Shown here: positions 60,861 to 64,000 of the stretch, in pieces
Layout: each line of letters opens with the position of its first letter
How positions within the stretch are numbered: the stretch's first letter is position 1
Source: Setoptus koraiensis
Taxonomy: Eukaryota; Animalia; Arthropoda
Direction of reading: 5' to 3'
Length of the DNA: 64,000 nucleotides
NCBI GenBank assembly: GCA_048013815.1
Contig: CM106585.1
Coordinates: 2,666,001-2,730,000, forward strand
The notes under the pieces: model-generated
What the model saw: only the letters and a program-made list of their open reading frames with translations
The model's database searches: none
What the model was told of the DNA's origin: nothing
Made by a program: the position numbers and the translations under genes

Positions 60861-63800
60861 GATGAAAATAGTTTTGCGCTGCGGCTAAATTAATACTAGA
60901 GATTGAGTTGGAATAATGATAGTAATAATAATATATAGTTGTGTATATAATATATTACAAGCAGGCTGGTTATAAATAATGGCAAGTCTTATTGGATAAT
61001 TGATTTAAATAATGGTAATAATGATAATAATAATACTGGCAATAGTAGTTCATGCGTTACGATTGATAGGGATTGGCTAGATGGGCAATAGTGATATCCG
61101 TGCTGCGTCTGCGTCTGTATGTGTGTGTGTGTGTGTAAGTGTGTTCACTACAAATCGATGGAATAATAACAATATTACAATAACGATGTACGACTGCCGG
61201 TGTGATAATAATGTGTGATGATGATATTAAAAGTAACAATAATAATAATGATAAATTGATAATTATAATAGTTGATCAGGTAATAATAATTTAACGTTTG
61301 TCAGACTACCACAATGATATCAGACAGTGGTCAGTATACATTGTGCTGTGTCGGCGGTGCCAGTAGAAGCCGTAAAGCATCAGGTGCCTCGTTCGCCGTA
61401 CACTCACACGTACTAGCAGTGTTCGAATCGAAATAATATGAATCTGATATGCTGCCGCTGCAACTTCTCTTCCCCGCAACAGTACACTAGTTTACCCGGC
61501 AATTTCAAATTGAGTCGAATTTAATTTCTTTCAGAGGGAGAGAAAAGTATCTACACTGTAGGTTTGCAGCAACGATTAGTTGCCATTTCAAGCGATTCAC
61601 CCTAATTCACTTGTCTCGTGTTGGTGTGCTGTTGCATAATAATAGTAATAGTAATAAATATTTATAATAATACCAATTCCAACTACTTCGAGTGATTGAA
61701 TGCACTCGGTGGATCCAATCATTCGTACTGGACTGTAAGCACAACAACAAGTGTGTATGGGCCTGTCTGAAAAATATTCTTGTGCCAATGCTAATGCAGC
61801 CAGCCAAGGTGAGAGCTCACACAGGTGAGAGTGGCGTTCGAGAAGAATGTCTCACTCAAGCTTCTTCCATCACACACACACACACACCTGTTGAGCTGTG
61901 TCTTCTTTATTTTGCTTGTTAGCCGGCCATTATACATATTATCGAATATGGCCATCGTGTGCACAATCGCACAACTTCTCTCTTCAGCATGAACAGAGGA
62001 ATCAGTCACAGGTGAGTTGATGATTGCGCTCACTACATTTCATGAATATAACAGCTAATCATAGATTACGCTCACAGGATGCCCGATATGTCGTTCAAGA
62101 ACTGTTAGTTCCTGCTTAAAACACCCGATTTCTTAAGGAATCCATTCTCGATATTTACCGATTCTGAAAAGGCAATCATGTTGAGTTCAATAATGTAAGA
62201 CTGTAAATCTGATCATTTGCCCTAGAAATAAACTAGAAAAGATTGTCGTGTTTGTTTAGTTTCGAATTGGATGAGTTTTGATTCTATTCTCAAGCCAACA
62301 CTCTTCTAGCAATCGAATAATCGTTCATTAATCTACAACCGAATCAAACTAGAAAGGATTCATCGGTATCGAGGCTTGATTCAGTGGTAGAATGGTCAAT
62401 ATATAGTGACGCAGCATAACTAGTCGTGGTCCTATGACGGCCCATAATGATAAGTAGCGATCTACGTTTTTTTTTTCTGATCTCTAATACTCGGCTCAAA
62501 AGAATCTATTGGTTGTTGACAGAAATATTTCGGGCTTGAGGCTGAAAACTGAAAAGTTTATTTGGGGCTTGTCAGTTATAGACAAACAATCATATTTCGC
62601 CTTGAACAGATTCTTGTGCCTCCATCGCATACCTGCCACAGAATAGAGAAATATCGACTGAATGCAGAAAATTGGAAAATAGTTTTTTCGATCTTGAGGA
62701 CTGATTTGGTTGGGGCTATCAATCGATCAGCGATTAATAACTTCAAAGAAATATGAACAGTTGGATCTGAACCTCTATATATGCTTCTTCGTCGTCTTAT
62801 TCTGCTCTAACGCTAGAAAATGCCATAATGTATGAGTCCGATGAAAAGTTTTTCAACTTCTTATGGTGTCTTGCCTCGGCAGGTTTATTAGGATATTATC
62901 ATCAGTTGTCCTTGCTTAAAATCAGCACTATTAGTGATGATTTGGCTGTCAACAGTAGAAGAGAAATTTCTGATCATGGTTCGGATAATAGGATGACAGG
63001 CAACCGAAAAGAATCTATTCTATCTGTAGATAATGTCTCGGCGATAGCAAATTCTGGTAGGTAGTTACTGTTAATCCGGAAGATAACGAGGGCGTATGAT
63101 ACGCGGGCCAAAATAAACAATCGACATTGAATTTAAACAAGATCTAGAATAAGGGTCAACCGTGGATAAAAATACCATTTGTATTGTTACCAGGTGATAA
63201 ATTGTGTTGGCACCCCGAGAAACAAACAAAACACAAGATTTTGTAAATAGTGAATTTCATTCACTGATATGTGTGCCTACAGTTACTGCTAAGTTGTTCT
63301 TGTGTGCCCATAATATTTGGTACAGTTTTGAATTATTCATATGCAACCAACTCCGACTGCATTAAGGCGTTTTATTCATTCAAAGAATTCAATCTGAGTA
63401 TAGTCTTATCGGCACCTTTCGAGCATACATTGTTATTGGTGTGTGCTTTCGTCCACCTTCTTCTGGAATTGAAAAAGCATATATCCAACATATTATAAAC
63501 AAGTTACCCCTCAGACCACACATTTATGTTTTTCAGTTGTCTGAGACGAAATTTAGACTGAATGGTGCCAAAAATAGATGCGGTGATCAATTATTTATAA
63601 TGCACCATTGTAAATTTAATTCATGTCTAGATGCATTACTGAGAACAGCGTTAGTAAATATTGTCGTGTAGTGTTAGCAGGGGGCACTAGATGGGCTCCT
63701 TCTTGACTTGCTTCCTCTCGCGAAATGTCGGTTACAAATTTGTTAGTGTTGTTATGTTAATTTACAACAATTGTGTTTGCAACATTAGATACATACTTGG

Positions 63801-64000
63801 AAAGGTTTTATTCAAATATTAATTTACCATATAATAAATCACAATGACTGAGCGAATTGAGCAACTAATGAGCTGGGTATTTTCAAGTGTTGGTAAAAAT
63901 TGTCCAGGCAATCGAGACGATCACGCAACCATAGAGTGCCATTTCTTAACTAAACCATACATGTCGGACTCAATAGAAAAAGATTTCATGAAATTGTTTG

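Noticed and set aside
62372-62445. tRNA-like TTCAGTGGTAGAA (A-box)
   Set aside because: No B-box (GTTCRANNC) and no cloverleaf or acceptor stem could be formed.
62562-63064. Adjacent 64-aa and 78-aa ORFs with hydrophobic stretches as a possible receptor pseudogene
   Set aside because: No recognisable family motif, and they cannot be joined by clear splice sites.

Overview
Eukaryotic (animal, most likely arthropod) genomic DNA, not prokaryotic: it has GT-AG introns and metazoan signalling genes, and I see no operons, CRISPR, rRNA or convincing tRNA. The tight gene packing, the many intronless conserved genes and the (CAA)n-rich low-complexity DNA suggest a streamlined acariform mite genome (inference only). 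Ten protein-coding genes can be reconstructed: an Elk/TCF-type ETS factor (+), an FMNL-type formin (-, 5 exons), MCM5 (+), a short UVRAG/Vps38-like gene (-), Hsp110/HSPA4 (+), torsin (-), PTB/hephaestus (-, 4 coding exons), MCRIP/FAM195 (+), a tetraspanin (-) with an adjacent decayed duplicate, and atypical PKC (-, 3 exons). Positions 1-15.8 kb, about 26.6-28.8 kb and about 52.4-53.4 kb are GC/CpG-rich and dense in micro/minisatellites; most ORF-track calls there look like repeat artefacts. The most notable observations are: (i) PTB keeps a 34-nt exon equivalent to the vertebrate PTB autoregulatory NMD-switch exon while neighbouring genes have no introns; (ii) PTB, UVRAG and Hsp110 appear domain-trimmed; (iii) a compact GC-rich multibranch-foldable element lies between the divergent PTB and MCRIP genes, with a smaller analogue between UVRAG and Hsp110. 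I found no evidence for a wholly new multi-gene system.
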